From the sequence record SRR22947725_2265: a stretch of DNA of 64,000 nucleotides; one strand, 5' to 3'. The notes beneath the pieces are model-generated. The model had not been told where the DNA came from. It saw only the letters and a list, made by a program, of their open reading frames with translations, and made no database searches. The translations under genes were made by a program, and so were the position numbers. Below are positions 42,654 to 53,068 of this stretch, in pieces; position 1 is the stretch's first letter; the number at the start of each line of letters is the position of its first letter.

Positions 42654-42689
42654 ATCACCATCAGGGGGCGTAAGCCCCCTGATGGTGAT
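42654..42689 (+). other. Perfect 16-bp intercistronic hairpin
   Basis: ATCACCATCAGGGGGC-GTAA-GCCCCCTGATGGTGAT; no U-tract. Confidence 0.85.
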
Positions 42690-42708
42690 GCCTTCAGAAT
42701 TAGAGATT

Positions 42709-43599
42709 ATGAAAAGACTAAAGAGCCTTCCGCCGTGGCTGATGCTTTCGCCAGCCATCGTTGTGCTAGCGGCAATTGTTGGATGGCCACTTATCAATCT
42801 CGTCATAATGTCGACCCAGAAGTATGGACGGGCTCAAGTATTCGGGGCGCCACCAGAATTCGTGGGTCTAGATAATTTCGCCTTTATCCTTCAAGACGAC
42901 AAATTTTGGGGAGTGTTTAATCGCAGCATCGCCTTTGCTGCTGTCAATGTGATTGCCACGATGGTGCTTGGGACCATTGTCGCACTTGCAATGTTTCAAA
43001 TGCAGAAGGCATGGCGGCTCTTGGTTCAGGCGGGCTTGCTCGTTGCATGGGCTATGCCTCAGCTGACCGCCGTCATTGTCTGGGGATGGATGTTTAACAC
43101 CGAGTACGGGGTTATTAACTTCGCTCTTTCGGAGTTTTTAGGCCTGGACTATCTAGGCCACTCGTGGTTCAGCGAACCGCTTTCATTCTTCGCAGTGGCA
43201 ACGATCATAATTACCTGGCAATCGGTGCCGTTTGTTGCTTTTACCTTGTACGCCGGCCTCACCCAGATTCCAAATGAGGTCCGGGAGGCAGCCATGATTG
43301 ATGGCGCTAATTCAGTTCAGAGATTTCGAAACCTAATCGTCCCCTACCTGAGACCGGTGTTCGCAATTGTTATCACCCTTCAGATAATTTGGGATCTGCG
43401 AGTATTCACCCAAATTTACGCACTGCAGGGACTGGGCGGGCTCAGGGAAGAGACAAACACCCTGGGCGTCTACATCTACCAGGTCTCTCTAGGTAGCGGA
43501 AACTATGGAATGGGCGGAGCCATCTCTCTTGTCATGGTGGTGCTGATGTCAACCTTCGCTTTTTACTACGTCCGCAGAACACTTCGCGAGGTGGAGTGA
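42709..43599 (+). CDS. Sugar ABC permease
   Basis: FVGL.NF, EAA.IDGA loop; start estimated at ATG 42709. Confidence 0.92.
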   Translation: MKRLKSLPPWLMLSPAIVVLAAIVGWPLINLVIMSTQKYGRAQVFGAPPEFVGLDNFAFILQDDKFWGVFNRSIAFAAVNVIATMVLGTIVALAMFQMQKAWRLLVQAGLLVAWAMPQLTAVIVWGWMFNTEYGVINFALSEFLGLDYLGHSWFSEPLSFFAVATIIITWQSVPFVAFTLYAGLTQIPNEVREAAMIDGANSVQRFRNLIVPYLRPVFAIVITLQIIWDLRVFTQIYALQGLGGLREETNTLGVYIYQVSLGSGNYGMGGAISLVMVVLMSTFAFYYVRRTLREVE

Positions 43600-44438
43600 T
43601 GAGAAAGACCTCCAAGAAAATTGGCCTAGCGCTATTCGCCGTCGTAATCTTTGTGCTCTCGGTTTTCCCCGTCTACTGGATGGTTAACACCTCATTCACA
43701 CCAAACGGATTGACGAGAAGACCAACTCCAAGCTTCTTCCCAACTGAGTTCACCTGGGAGAACTTCGCAACTGTGCTTTTTGATGAAGAGCAAACTCCAT
43801 TCATCCCTGCGCTCCAGAATTCATTGGCAATAACCGGTGTCACGGTGACTTTCGCACTCGCGTTTGCTTTTCTTAGCGCTGTAGCGTTGGCGAGATTCAG
43901 ATTCTTGGGGCGAAAGACTTTCTTGATCATTATTCTTGGCGTTCAGATGATTCCTGGCGAGGCGATGATCATCTCCATTTACCGGTTAATTGACGACGCG
44001 AACCTTTTGAACTCAATCCTGGGACTCTCAATTGTCTACATTGCCACGGTGCTACCGTTCACAATATGGATGCTGCGCGGCTTTGTTGCTGGAGTGCCCA
44101 TTGAGCTAGAGGAAGCGGCGATGGTGGACGGCTGCACAAAGCAACAGGCTTTCAGACGCGTCACCTTGCCTCTTTTGGCACCGGGCCTAGTAGCAACTGG
44201 AGTGTTTGGTTTCATCCAGGCTTGGAATGAATTTCTGCTTGCGCTTGTGATTAATGCCAGGCCAGAAATGATGACGCTTCCAGTCTGGCTTCGCACCTAT
44301 CAGCAGGTGACAAACGAAACGGACTGGGCCGCGATTATGGCGGGCTCCGTGCTGATGACTATTCCTGTGCTTATTTTCTTCATCATCGTTCAAGGCCGAA
44401 TGACCTCGGGATTGGTAGCGGGGGCGGTCAAGGGCTAA
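43599..44438 (+). CDS. Sugar ABC permease
   Basis: EEAAMVDG, AWNEF, G...GAVKG. Confidence 0.92.
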   Translation: MRKTSKKIGLALFAVVIFVLSVFPVYWMVNTSFTPNGLTRRPTPSFFPTEFTWENFATVLFDEEQTPFIPALQNSLAITGVTVTFALAFAFLSAVALARFRFLGRKTFLIIILGVQMIPGEAMIISIYRLIDDANLLNSILGLSIVYIATVLPFTIWMLRGFVAGVPIELEEAAMVDGCTKQQAFRRVTLPLLAPGLVATGVFGFIQAWNEFLLALVINARPEMMTLPVWLRTYQQVTNETDWAAIMAGSVLMTIPVLIFFIIVQGRMTSGLVAGAVKG

Positions 44439-45811
44439 TGAACGAGAGATTCAACGTCCTCTCCCGATTGATGGTGGGCTTTAGCGGGCAGAACCTGCCG
44501 GCAGACTTCGAAGAACTTGCCGTCAAGGGACTGCGAAGTGTCGTGATTTACGGCGAGAACGTTGAGAGTGAGGGCCAGCTCAAGTCTTTAGTAAGTGAAC
44601 TTCGAGGTTCGCTCGGCCCAGATGCGATCATCGCAATTGATGAGGAAGGTGGGGACGTAACCAGGGTTGACTACCTTGTCGGCAGTAGGTTCGTGGGAAA
44701 TGGTTGGCTTGGTCACCTAAACGAGCCCGAACTAACTCGACGCGATGGCCAGATGGTTGGCGAACTCCTAAATCACATCGGCGTTAATCTGAACTTCGCT
44801 CCTGTTGCCGATGTAAACACAAATCCTCTAAATCCGGTTATTGGTAATCGAAGCTTTGGCAGCGACCAGTCCAGCGTTGCCCGCCATGTTGCCCGCTTTG
44901 TTGAAGGCCATGAGGGAGCAGGGACTGGAACGACTCTGAAGCACTTCCCCGGACATGGAAACGTCGTTAGCGATTCTCATCTGACCCTTCCAAAGGTCCC
45001 GGGGGGCATTTCAGAACTGGAGAATCATCACCTGGAACCCTTCGAGTCAGGCATAAGTGCCGGAGCATCAGCGGTGATGCTAGCTCATCTGGATCTCGGC
45101 GATGGGGAGCCCACCTCGTTGTCCTCAGATGTTGTTCAAATACTTCGACGCAAATATGGGTTTGATGGGCTAGTAATTACTGACGCACTCGACATGGGTG
45201 CAATCACTGACAGCATGAGTATCGAACAGGCTGCGGTAAATGCGCTGCTAGCGGGCAGTGATTTGGCCTGCCTTGGGCCAAGGACAACGCTCGACACAAT
45301 CACTGAGTTTCTGAGGCTGTGGAATGAGGTTCCAGCTGATGTCCGTCAGGAGAATCAGGATGCCGCTTCTCGAAGACTGGAAGCATTTGTAGACGGTCGC
45401 TCCCGCACCGTATCGACAGTTGGTCCAGTTCCTAGCTACGACATCAGATTTGATATCCCTGAGAGTTTTGGGACGTCTCAGGTGGTTCGCATCAACTCAG
45501 GCACAAACCCTGCGGTGGGGGAGGCACCATGGTTCGATGGAGTTAATTGCGAGCGGGAGATACAGCCCGAGTTCTTGGCCCAAGAGCTTGCTGCTACAAA
45601 TTCGCTAATTGCCATTACAAGAGGAGGAGAACTTGTCTGGCAGGCGTTGGCTCAGCTCAAGGAAACTGAGGCGAAAAAGTTACTGCTAATTTCCACCGAT
45701 GCTCCGCCCAGAGAATTTGGGTGCCAGCTCATTGTCACCTTCGGCTCCGCGCAGCCGCAGTCGCTTGCACTTTCAAGCGCACTCACCCGAAAGGAAAGCC
45801 AAATTGTCTGA
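44438..45811 (+). CDS. GH3 beta-N-acetylhexosaminidase (NagZ-like)
   Basis: DEEGG.V.R, KHFPGHG....DSH, ITDAL.M. Confidence 0.9.
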   Translation: MNERFNVLSRLMVGFSGQNLPADFEELAVKGLRSVVIYGENVESEGQLKSLVSELRGSLGPDAIIAIDEEGGDVTRVDYLVGSRFVGNGWLGHLNEPELTRRDGQMVGELLNHIGVNLNFAPVADVNTNPLNPVIGNRSFGSDQSSVARHVARFVEGHEGAGTGTTLKHFPGHGNVVSDSHLTLPKVPGGISELENHHLEPFESGISAGASAVMLAHLDLGDGEPTSLSSDVVQILRRKYGFDGLVITDALDMGAITDSMSIEQAAVNALLAGSDLACLGPRTTLDTITEFLRLWNEVPADVRQENQDAASRRLEAFVDGRSRTVSTVGPVPSYDIRFDIPESFGTSQVVRINSGTNPAVGEAPWFDGVNCEREIQPEFLAQELAATNSLIAITRGGELVWQALAQLKETEAKKLLLISTDAPPREFGCQLIVTFGSAQPQSLALSSALTRKESQIV

Positions 45812-46691
45812 GAATGCTTTGAGGGTGGGGGTTGATTTAGGCGGAACGAAAGTCCACAGCGTGGTGCTGTCGGAGGACAATCAAGTTGTCGCAAGAGACA
45901 TAAGGCTTTCGGGATACGGAAATGATGAAGTGTTTGCAAGCCTGAAGGGGTCAATCTCTGATGCGTTGAAGCTGAGCGGAAAAACTGCAGGTCCGGCCAG
46001 GATTGGAATTGGCACACCTGGCACTGTAGACACAGCCACCGGCCTGGTTACTCACTCTCTGAACCTTGGGATTGAAAGCCTGAATCTTGGACAGCTTCTA
46101 AGTGATGAGTTTGGTTGTCCGGTTGGGGTTCACAATGATGTGAATGCGACGGCCGCAGGTCTAGCAATTCTCAACCCGCAGCTGACATCGCTTGCATATT
46201 TGAACTTCGGCACAGGTCTCGCCGCGGGTTTTGTGAGCCATGGAGTACCTCACACCGGCTTCTCCGGGATTGCAGGTGAAATAGGACACATTCCCGTCGG
46301 AAGCGGTGAAGATGAGTGTCCCTGCGGACAGCGAGGTTGCCTGGAGCTTTACACATCATGGTCCGGGCTGAAGAAGTGGGCTAATGGCCACGAAACATTT
46401 GGCGAGCTAGCTGCGGCAATGGATTCGGGTAAAGCGCCCGAGCTGAGAGAAACCTTTCTGACCAACGCTGTGAGAGTCATCACAACGGTATTTCTCAGCA
46501 TGGACCCAGAGAGGGTTTATGTCGGCGGCGGTCTAATTTCTAGTTGGGCGGGGGCCTACGAGCTGCTACTAAGTCGTTGGCAAGAGAACATCGCCAGTTC
46601 AAAGTTCCTCGAGTCCTCAGGACTCACCTCACGTGTAGAACTCCTGCCGGCTCAGCTGCCCATTGCAGCTATCGGCGCCCTCGGACAATAA
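45804..46691 (+). CDS. ROK family sugar kinase (probable GlcNAc kinase)
   Basis: GVDLGGTK, ND.NA, GEIGH, C.CGQRGCLE; no HTH; start estimated at TTG 45804. Confidence 0.85.
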   Translation: MSENALRVGVDLGGTKVHSVVLSEDNQVVARDIRLSGYGNDEVFASLKGSISDALKLSGKTAGPARIGIGTPGTVDTATGLVTHSLNLGIESLNLGQLLSDEFGCPVGVHNDVNATAAGLAILNPQLTSLAYLNFGTGLAAGFVSHGVPHTGFSGIAGEIGHIPVGSGEDECPCGQRGCLELYTSWSGLKKWANGHETFGELAAAMDSGKAPELRETFLTNAVRVITTVFLSMDPERVYVGGGLISSWAGAYELLLSRWQENIASSKFLESSGLTSRVELLPAQLPIAAIGALGQ

Positions 46692-47393
46692 ATGCAACTA
46701 ATGGTTTCCAGTAGCGCCGCTGCCATGGCAGTTGACGCCGCCCAGCATATTTCAAAGAATCTAAGAAAAGCCTCCGTGATCGGTGTAGCAACTGGGAGGA
46801 CACCCCTTGCCCTATACAAATCTCTAGCGGGGCAAGGCGACATGCAATTATCTGGCGGATTTGCTCTTGACGAATATTTGGGGGTTGGCGCAAACCATCC
46901 CGGCAGTTTCGCAAACTATGTCATGACCAATGTCGAACCGGCTCTCAAGTTGGAGCCTGGTTTTATTCGCGTTCCAAATGGGCTTGCCAGCAACCCACAC
47001 ATCGAGGCTCAGGCGTTTGAGGAGGAGATAGCGAAAAGGCCCATTGATCTGCAGATTTTAGGGGTCGGCTCTAATGGGCACCTGGCCTTCAATGAGCCAG
47101 GTAGCGCTGCCAACACTCTCACGAGGGTTGTTGATTTGGCAGAGCAAACACGAAAGGACAATCAGCAGGATTTCCCAGGAGAGGTGCCCAGACAGGCAAT
47201 TACACAAGGTGTCGCCACCATTATGCGAGCCGGCAGCCTATGCCTTTTGGTCTCCGGAGAAAAGAAGGCTAAGGCGCTGAGGCGGTTGCTTGAAGAGACC
47301 GCAGACGAGCAGTATCCAGTCACATTGATTGCCTCACACCCAAAGTTGTCGGTGTTTACAGACGAGAAGACACTAGCTCTAGCCCAGCAGTAG
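46692..47393 (+). CDS. nagB: Glucosamine-6-phosphate deaminase
   Basis: G.ATG.TP, LDEY, G.G.NGH.AFNEPG. Confidence 0.95.
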   Translation: MQLMVSSSAAAMAVDAAQHISKNLRKASVIGVATGRTPLALYKSLAGQGDMQLSGGFALDEYLGVGANHPGSFANYVMTNVEPALKLEPGFIRVPNGLASNPHIEAQAFEEEIAKRPIDLQILGVGSNGHLAFNEPGSAANTLTRVVDLAEQTRKDNQQDFPGEVPRQAITQGVATIMRAGSLCLLVSGEKKAKALRRLLEETADEQYPVTLIASHPKLSVFTDEKTLALAQQ

Positions 47394-48443
47394 CCTCTCA
47401 ACCATCATATTGCGGCCCCAAACAGCGATCTCCAGCGGCTTCCCGATCTCCACTGCGGGGACGTCCAGTCCAAAACACTCAGCAGGGGCCACAGTGGCCG
47501 CCCTAATTGCAGCCCCTGGGGTAACCCCAAAGTCAATGAGGTTCTTTACAGCTCGGTCGAGTGTCAGGGTAGAACCGGCAAGGGTCTTGTCGTCTGCCCT
47601 TCTGGCGACCCCAGCCGCAACCTCAACCTTTACATCGCCAAGCAGATAGGGGCCGTCTGGCATTGCTGCGGCAGACATGCTGTCGGTAACTAGGAGCAGA
47701 CGCTCCCCAGCCCAGCGGGCCAAATTGTTGCATAGCTCCGGGCTAACGTGCACTCCATCGGCTATTAATTCAATCCACGCACCCTCGTCCAAAGCGGCAA
47801 CAACGGGGCCCGGAGATCTCGAGGATATTGGCCTCATTGCGTTGAAGGCATGTGTCAGTATCGATGCTCCAGCCCTAAAGTATTCCTTTGCTGTTTCATA
47901 GCTCGCATCGGTGTGGCCGATGGCTACTCGCACTCCCGACTCCACGAGTCTCTCGACCTGAGAGGTGGAAACCCGCTCAGGTGCAATTGTGATGGCGCGG
48001 AGGCTGGGATGCTCAATCATTTGAGATAGCTCTTCGTCAGTCAGGTCCCGAAGAAGGCTCATCTTGTGAGCCCCACAGCGTTCGGCCGCCAGAAAAGGTC
48101 CCTCGAGGTGAATACCAAGGAATCCCGGCTGTTCCACCTGTTTGTCTGCAAAGCTCAAGATTTTTGTAATCGCGGCAGCAGAGGCAGAAACGGTGGAAAG
48201 CAGGGTTCTCGCCACACCATGAGCTCTTCCGTGTGCCAGAAGAGCCTCAAAAGAATCTTCATCTGCAGACAGTGCGAAGCCACCACCACCGTGAGTGTGA
48301 GTGTCAATTAGCCCAGCGGAGATAACAGAATCTGCAGCATCTAACTGACCAATCCCTGTAATGACTTGGTCAAACGACACTGAGACAGCATTAGTGCCTT
48401 CAGAAGTGAGAAGGTTTCCCTCTAAGGAAATTTCTGAAGCCAT
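47379..48443 (-). CDS. nagA: N-acetylglucosamine-6-phosphate deacetylase
   Basis: D.H.HG, HLEGPF, GHT, TH.FNAM, DGVH, VTDSM, LAGS. Confidence 0.95.
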   Translation of the reverse strand: MASEISLEGNLLTSEGTNAVSVSFDQVITGIGQLDAADSVISAGLIDTHTHGGGGFALSADEDSFEALLAHGRAHGVARTLLSTVSASAAAITKILSFADKQVEQPGFLGIHLEGPFLAAERCGAHKMSLLRDLTDEELSQMIEHPSLRAITIAPERVSTSQVERLVESGVRVAIGHTDASYETAKEYFRAGASILTHAFNAMRPISSRSPGPVVAALDEGAWIELIADGVHVSPELCNNLARWAGERLLLVTDSMSAAAMPDGPYLLGDVKVEVAAGVARRADDKTLAGSTLTLDRAVKNLIDFGVTPGAAIRAATVAPAECFGLDVPAVEIGKPLEIAVWGRNMMVERLLLG

Positions 48444-48455
48444 AAGTTGAGATTA

Positions 48456-49574
48456 TCAGTCGCGACCCGGAGCCTTTAGCCACCAGTTCAGAGCATCTGC
48501 CACCCTTCTAGACCAGTAGCTCTCGTGATGACCGGTGTAGGGGTAGATATTTGCTACAAGTAGCTCTGGCTCGCTGTATCCCTTGGACCGCATCACCTCA
48601 GCCGCCATTAGGTGCAGCGGTGGATAGTGCTCATCAAGCTCTTTGGTTCCGCTGTCGGTCCAGATTCGATGAACACCATCTGTGGGCAGCATGCTGGTGA
48701 GCTGATTGACCATGGTCGACTGCCCCAAGAGCCAGTGGGTGGAGAAACAGATTGCGGTTCCAAAGAGCTCGGGGCGTTTGCTCATGGCATATAGCGAGAT
48801 CAGTCCGCCCCTGGAGGAACCCATGACCGCGGTCCTTTGGAGGTCGTGCTCCAGCTCAAAACGATCCACCACAAACGGGAGAATTGCATCCGCAATCAGT
48901 GAGACATAGGCATCACCAAAGCTCTCAGTTCCGGTGGTTTTATATTCATCCGGCAGCGCATCCCAGAATTCCGGATGGCGCTCCATGATCTCTTGCGGTG
49001 AGAGCTCCCGGATTCTCGTCTCGTCACTTAGGCCCCAGACCCCAACCACCAGCGGCTTTTCTCCTCTGACCTCGTCGCGGATTGCCGGGATTACCTCCCA
49101 AGTCTTCCCGGTGAAGCTATCTAGCTCGTCAAACAGGTTGCGTCCATCGTGCATGAAGAGAATCGGGGTCTTTGGGTTGATGGTGGGGGGAACCCAGACA
49201 TCGACCCGGTGGCTATCAAACTCAAATCTCTGTAGCTTGCCCCCGCCGAGCCGGATGCTCAGGAGCTTGCGCTCGCGAAAGAACATAAAGAGCGGGAAGG
49301 TGAAGGCAATTGCCGTGATACCCGAGAGCAGGAAGTAGATCCAAACCCGCTTCATACCAAGCCTTCTGGCTTCGCTGATCATGAAAATTGCGACCGCTGC
49401 CCCAACGACCAAGAGGTCAACGGACAGTACCCAGTCAACGACCGACCCGAACCAGGCAGCGAGGTAGTCAGCCTCCTCGAAAACCGCGAGCGCATTCAGC
49501 GTCCAGGCGGTGATCAGTCCGATGGCTGAGGTTGCGAGGTAGAGGGCGGCTTTCACTGAGTGTTTTCTGAACAT
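48456..49574 (-). CDS. DUF2834-like membrane domain fused to an alpha/beta-hydrolase (esterase)
   Basis: N-terminal TM domain with EARRLGMKR.W.Y...PLF...RE; C-terminal HDG.N, GSS.GG, H.E.YW. Confidence 0.75.
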   Translation of the reverse strand: MFRKHSVKAALYLATSAIGLITAWTLNALAVFEEADYLAAWFGSVVDWVLSVDLLVVGAAVAIFMISEARRLGMKRVWIYFLLSGITAIAFTFPLFMFFRERKLLSIRLGGGKLQRFEFDSHRVDVWVPPTINPKTPILFMHDGRNLFDELDSFTGKTWEVIPAIRDEVRGEKPLVVGVWGLSDETRIRELSPQEIMERHPEFWDALPDEYKTTGTESFGDAYVSLIADAILPFVVDRFELEHDLQRTAVMGSSRGGLISLYAMSKRPELFGTAICFSTHWLLGQSTMVNQLTSMLPTDGVHRIWTDSGTKELDEHYPPLHLMAAEVMRSKGYSEPELLVANIYPYTGHHESYWSRRVADALNWWLKAPGRD

Positions 49575-49633
49575 TCAGGAATCTTTTCACGGAATCTGCG
49601 AAAGTATTTACTTCAGACTCACTAAGGAACATC

Positions 49634-51754
49634 ATGCGCCGCATCGGCAATCTTGTGGTGAGGCGCTCAAAGTTGATTTTGTTTGGTTTTGTGAGCCTTG
49701 TCGTCCTCTCCTCTTTCTGGGGTTTTCAGGCTTTTGGGGCTCTCAAGGGCGGTGGCTACGACAACCCAAACTCCGATTCGACTCTGGTAACCGAGCTGCT
49801 ACAGAGTGAGTTCGGTGTTGATCCGGCGGAGGTGCTCGTCCTTGTCGACCTGCCGTCTGATGCCGATGAAACTGATGCAAGTGGTTTCCCAGTTCACTTT
49901 GAACTCGTGCAGGAGCTGAGCGCAGACCTACTTAACATCGAGGGTGTTGATTCGGTTCTCAACTACTACACCCTTGGTTCCCCGCCAAACCTCAAGAGCG
50001 AAGACGGCAAGCTCATCTACCTACTAGTTGACCTGGACAACAACACCGATCAGACGCCTGTAGTTGCCGAGATCGTTGATGATTACACCGGCGACTACCA
50101 GGGTGCTCAGGTTCACGTCTCAGGTTTTGGGGCCGTGACCAAGGCCATCAACGAAACCATCTATGAGGACATCATCAGGGCCGAAATAGTGGCTGTTCCA
50201 ATCGTGGTGCTACTGCTCATCTTTGTTTTTGGCTCTCTTGTTGCCGCAGGTCTACCGCTTTTTGTTGGCGGGCTTGCAATTGTGGGATCGTTTTTGATCA
50301 TCTGGATTGGCAGCCAGTTCACCGACGTGAGCATCTTTGCCCTCAACCTCGTAACCGGCCTTGGCCTCGGCCTCGGTATTGACTACAGCCTCTTGGTCGT
50401 GAACCGCTTCCGGGAGGAGCGGGCCGCAGGCAACGATGTTGCAACTTCGGTCTCAAACACGGTCGCTACAGCCGGCAAGACGGTGTTGTTCTCGGGCCTA
50501 ACAGTTGCCCTGGTCTTGGTTTCAATGGTGTTTTTCCCGCAGTACTTCCTGCAGTCATTTGCGCTCGCTGGCGTTGCGGTGGTTATTTTCGCAATTTTGG
50601 GTGCTGCGGTTGCGGTCCCAGCAATGCTGAACCTTTTGGGTGACAGGGTTAACAGCATCAGGCTGATAAGGCGGGATTTGGCTCCGAAAGACACCGGTGC
50701 TTGGGAAAAGATTGCGCGTTTTACGATGCGCCGGCCGCTGCCGGTTTTGTTCGTTGGCCTTTTGTTCCTGGCATCTCTGTTTTCACTCTCCAGTTCGGTG
50801 GTGTTTGGCCAGTCCGATGACCGGGTGCTGCCTGCTGACTCCCCGGCAAGGGTCGCGAGCGATATGTTGAGAGAGCGCTTTGAGGGTAGAGAGACTTCCC
50901 CAATCGAGATATTGGTCAAGGGCACTGACGAACAGGTCAATGAATTCATCGACGTTGTCGCGGACCAGGAAGACATCGTTCGGGTTGCGATCGTGCCAAC
51001 TCAGGAGGAGTCGGACTGGGTGAGAATCAATGCCATCACCGATCTTGAGCCAAGAAGTCCGGAGGGGCTGGAGCAGGTTGTGGCGCTGAGGTCTTTGGAT
51101 GTTGAGGTCGATGAGTACCTCATAGGTGGTGGTGGTGCCTACTACACCGACAGCCAGCAGGGCATTGAACAGGCCTTGCCAATTGCGGCGCTTTGGGTGT
51201 TTATCTCGACTTTCATACTGCTCTTCCTCTTCACCGGCAGCCTGGTTTTGCCGCTGAAGGCGATTTTGTTGAACGTGCTCTCGCTGGGTGCTGTGTTTGG
51301 GCTTATCGGCTGGATCTTCCAAAACGGTGAGCTGCAGTGGTTGATAGGTGAATACTCCGTCACCGGCACCATCGACACATCGTCAGTGGTGATGATTGCG
51401 CTGGTGGCATTTGGTTTATCGATGGACTACGAGCTATTTCTACTGAGCCGCATCAAGGAGCAACACGATGCCGGCTTCAACACCGTGAACTCGGTTGCTC
51501 TCGGGCTGCAGCGCTCGGGGAGAATCATCACGGCCGCCGCGCTTATTTTGGCTGTGACATTCGGCGCATTTGCCTCGAGCGGTGTTTCGATCATGAAGAT
51601 GCTGGGTCTGGGTATTGCGGTTGCTATCTTGCTGGATGCGACCCTAATCAGGGGCTTTTTGGTCCCGGCAATTATGAGGCTCTTGGGCGGCGCGAACTGG
51701 TGGGCACCAAAGTGGCTCAAGCGGCTCTATGAGAAGGCCGGGCTTTCTCACTGA
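49634..51754 (+). CDS. MmpL family RND transporter
   Basis: GLGIDY...RFREE, TAG.TV.FSG.TV, FGLSMDYE.FL.SRI.E, NWW.P. Confidence 0.93.
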   Translation: MRRIGNLVVRRSKLILFGFVSLVVLSSFWGFQAFGALKGGGYDNPNSDSTLVTELLQSEFGVDPAEVLVLVDLPSDADETDASGFPVHFELVQELSADLLNIEGVDSVLNYYTLGSPPNLKSEDGKLIYLLVDLDNNTDQTPVVAEIVDDYTGDYQGAQVHVSGFGAVTKAINETIYEDIIRAEIVAVPIVVLLLIFVFGSLVAAGLPLFVGGLAIVGSFLIIWIGSQFTDVSIFALNLVTGLGLGLGIDYSLLVVNRFREERAAGNDVATSVSNTVATAGKTVLFSGLTVALVLVSMVFFPQYFLQSFALAGVAVVIFAILGAAVAVPAMLNLLGDRVNSIRLIRRDLAPKDTGAWEKIARFTMRRPLPVLFVGLLFLASLFSLSSSVVFGQSDDRVLPADSPARVASDMLRERFEGRETSPIEILVKGTDEQVNEFIDVVADQEDIVRVAIVPTQEESDWVRINAITDLEPRSPEGLEQVVALRSLDVEVDEYLIGGGGAYYTDSQQGIEQALPIAALWVFISTFILLFLFTGSLVLPLKAILLNVLSLGAVFGLIGWIFQNGELQWLIGEYSVTGTIDTSSVVMIALVAFGLSMDYELFLLSRIKEQHDAGFNTVNSVALGLQRSGRIITAAALILAVTFGAFASSGVSIMKMLGLGIAVAILLDATLIRGFLVPAIMRLLGGANWWAPKWLKRLYEKAGLSH

Positions 51755-51766
51755 TAACCTCTACCC

Positions 51767-52363
51767 ATGCTGCTCTCAGATGGTGATATCAAGAAACAAA
51801 TAGAGGCTGGTCGCATTGGCCTAGAGCCACTGAACATGGAGCTCTTGCAGCCCAGCAGCATCGATGTGAGGCTGGACAGGTTCTTCAGGCTTTTTGACAA
51901 TCACAAGTATCCGTTCATTGATCCACGTGAGCAGCAGGATGATCTAACGAGGTTCGTTGAGGTCGACTCAGACGAGGCCTTTATCCTGCACCCGGGAGAG
52001 TTTGTGCTCGGCTCAACCTTTGAATACGTATCTCTTCCAGACGATATAGCCGCAAGGCTAGAGGGCAAGAGCTCGCTTGGAAGACTGGGCCTTCTGACCC
52101 ACTCAACCGCGGGCTTTGTCGACCCAGGTTTCCAGGGTCACGTGACTCTTGAGCTTTCTAACGTGGCAACGCTGCCCATCAAGCTCTGGCCGGGCATGAA
52201 GATAGGTCAGCTCTGTTTCTTCCAGCTCTCCTCTGCAAGTGAGAACCCATACGGAAGCGAGAAGTATGGTTCGAGGTATCAGGGTCAGCGCGGTCCAACG
52301 GCATCGCGCAGCCACCTCAGATTTCACATCACTGACGTGGGCAACGAGCCGCTAGATAAATAG
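51767..52363 (+). CDS. dcd: dCTP deaminase
   Basis: [25 protein letters not shown]. Confidence 0.97.
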   Translation: MLLSDGDIKKQIEAGRIGLEPLNMELLQPSSIDVRLDRFFRLFDNHKYPFIDPREQQDDLTRFVEVDSDEAFILHPGEFVLGSTFEYVSLPDDIAARLEGKSSLGRLGLLTHSTAGFVDPGFQGHVTLELSNVATLPIKLWPGMKIGQLCFFQLSSASENPYGSEKYGSRYQGQRGPTASRSHLRFHITDVGNEPLDK

Positions 52364-53059
52364 CCTCCTGGCCTCGCTGAGGTCTTTCGAGTAGACCTTC
52401 TTGAGCGCGTAATTATCTGCAGCCAGCTCACAAAGAACATCCACCTCACGCTTGAGTGCCCTTGATGCCACCACCCAAGGCATTAGCTGATAGATGAGAT
52501 AGGCAAGTTTCTTGATTAGACCGTGCCTGAGTTTGATGTGGCCGTATTCGTGTCTGAGGATCGCATCGAGCTGCTTGCTCGGGAGCTCGAAGACCGCTTT
52601 GGAGAGGTAAATGGTCTTCTCTCTGGTGAGCGCGAAATAGCCGGGAATCTCAAGCTCAACGATTCTGGCCCTGCGATAGTTCATGATGTAGCGGCCACCG
52701 AGGCTCTCCATGTCCCCAAGCTCCGGGGATACCTCAAACAATGGTGCCAGCCTCTGGTTGCCGACCGCTATCAATATCCCCGCTAGGCCCAAGACCACCC
52801 ATGGCGCAAAGCTTGCAATGAGAACAAAGCCGAGGTCATCTTCAGCCTGAAGGTTTTGATAGGTGGTGAAGACGGAGTAGCTGGCAAGACCAAAGGCGCC
52901 AACGGTTGCCAAGATGCTGCTAAACAGCGAGGTCAGCCAGAGGTAGATACCTAGGGTTGGAGCACCGCGAAATCTGCCCGCGAAGAACATCGGGGCTGCG
53001 ATTGTTACCAGCAGCACCCACTCCAACAGGAGTATCAAGAGATAGAGGTTGTTCTCCAC
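52352..53059 (-). CDS. M56/M48-type membrane zinc metallopeptidase (BlaR-like, no sensor domain)
   Basis: N-terminal TM helices, HEYGH, E..AD; follows blaI. Confidence 0.8.
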   Translation of the reverse strand: MENNLYLLILLLEWVLLVTIAAPMFFAGRFRGAPTLGIYLWLTSLFSSILATVGAFGLASYSVFTTYQNLQAEDDLGFVLIASFAPWVVLGLAGILIAVGNQRLAPLFEVSPELGDMESLGGRYIMNYRRARIVELEIPGYFALTREKTIYLSKAVFELPSKQLDAILRHEYGHIKLRHGLIKKLAYLIYQLMPWVVASRALKREVDVLCELAADNYALKKVYSKDLSEARRLFI

Positions 53060-53068
53060 CTAAAGAGA

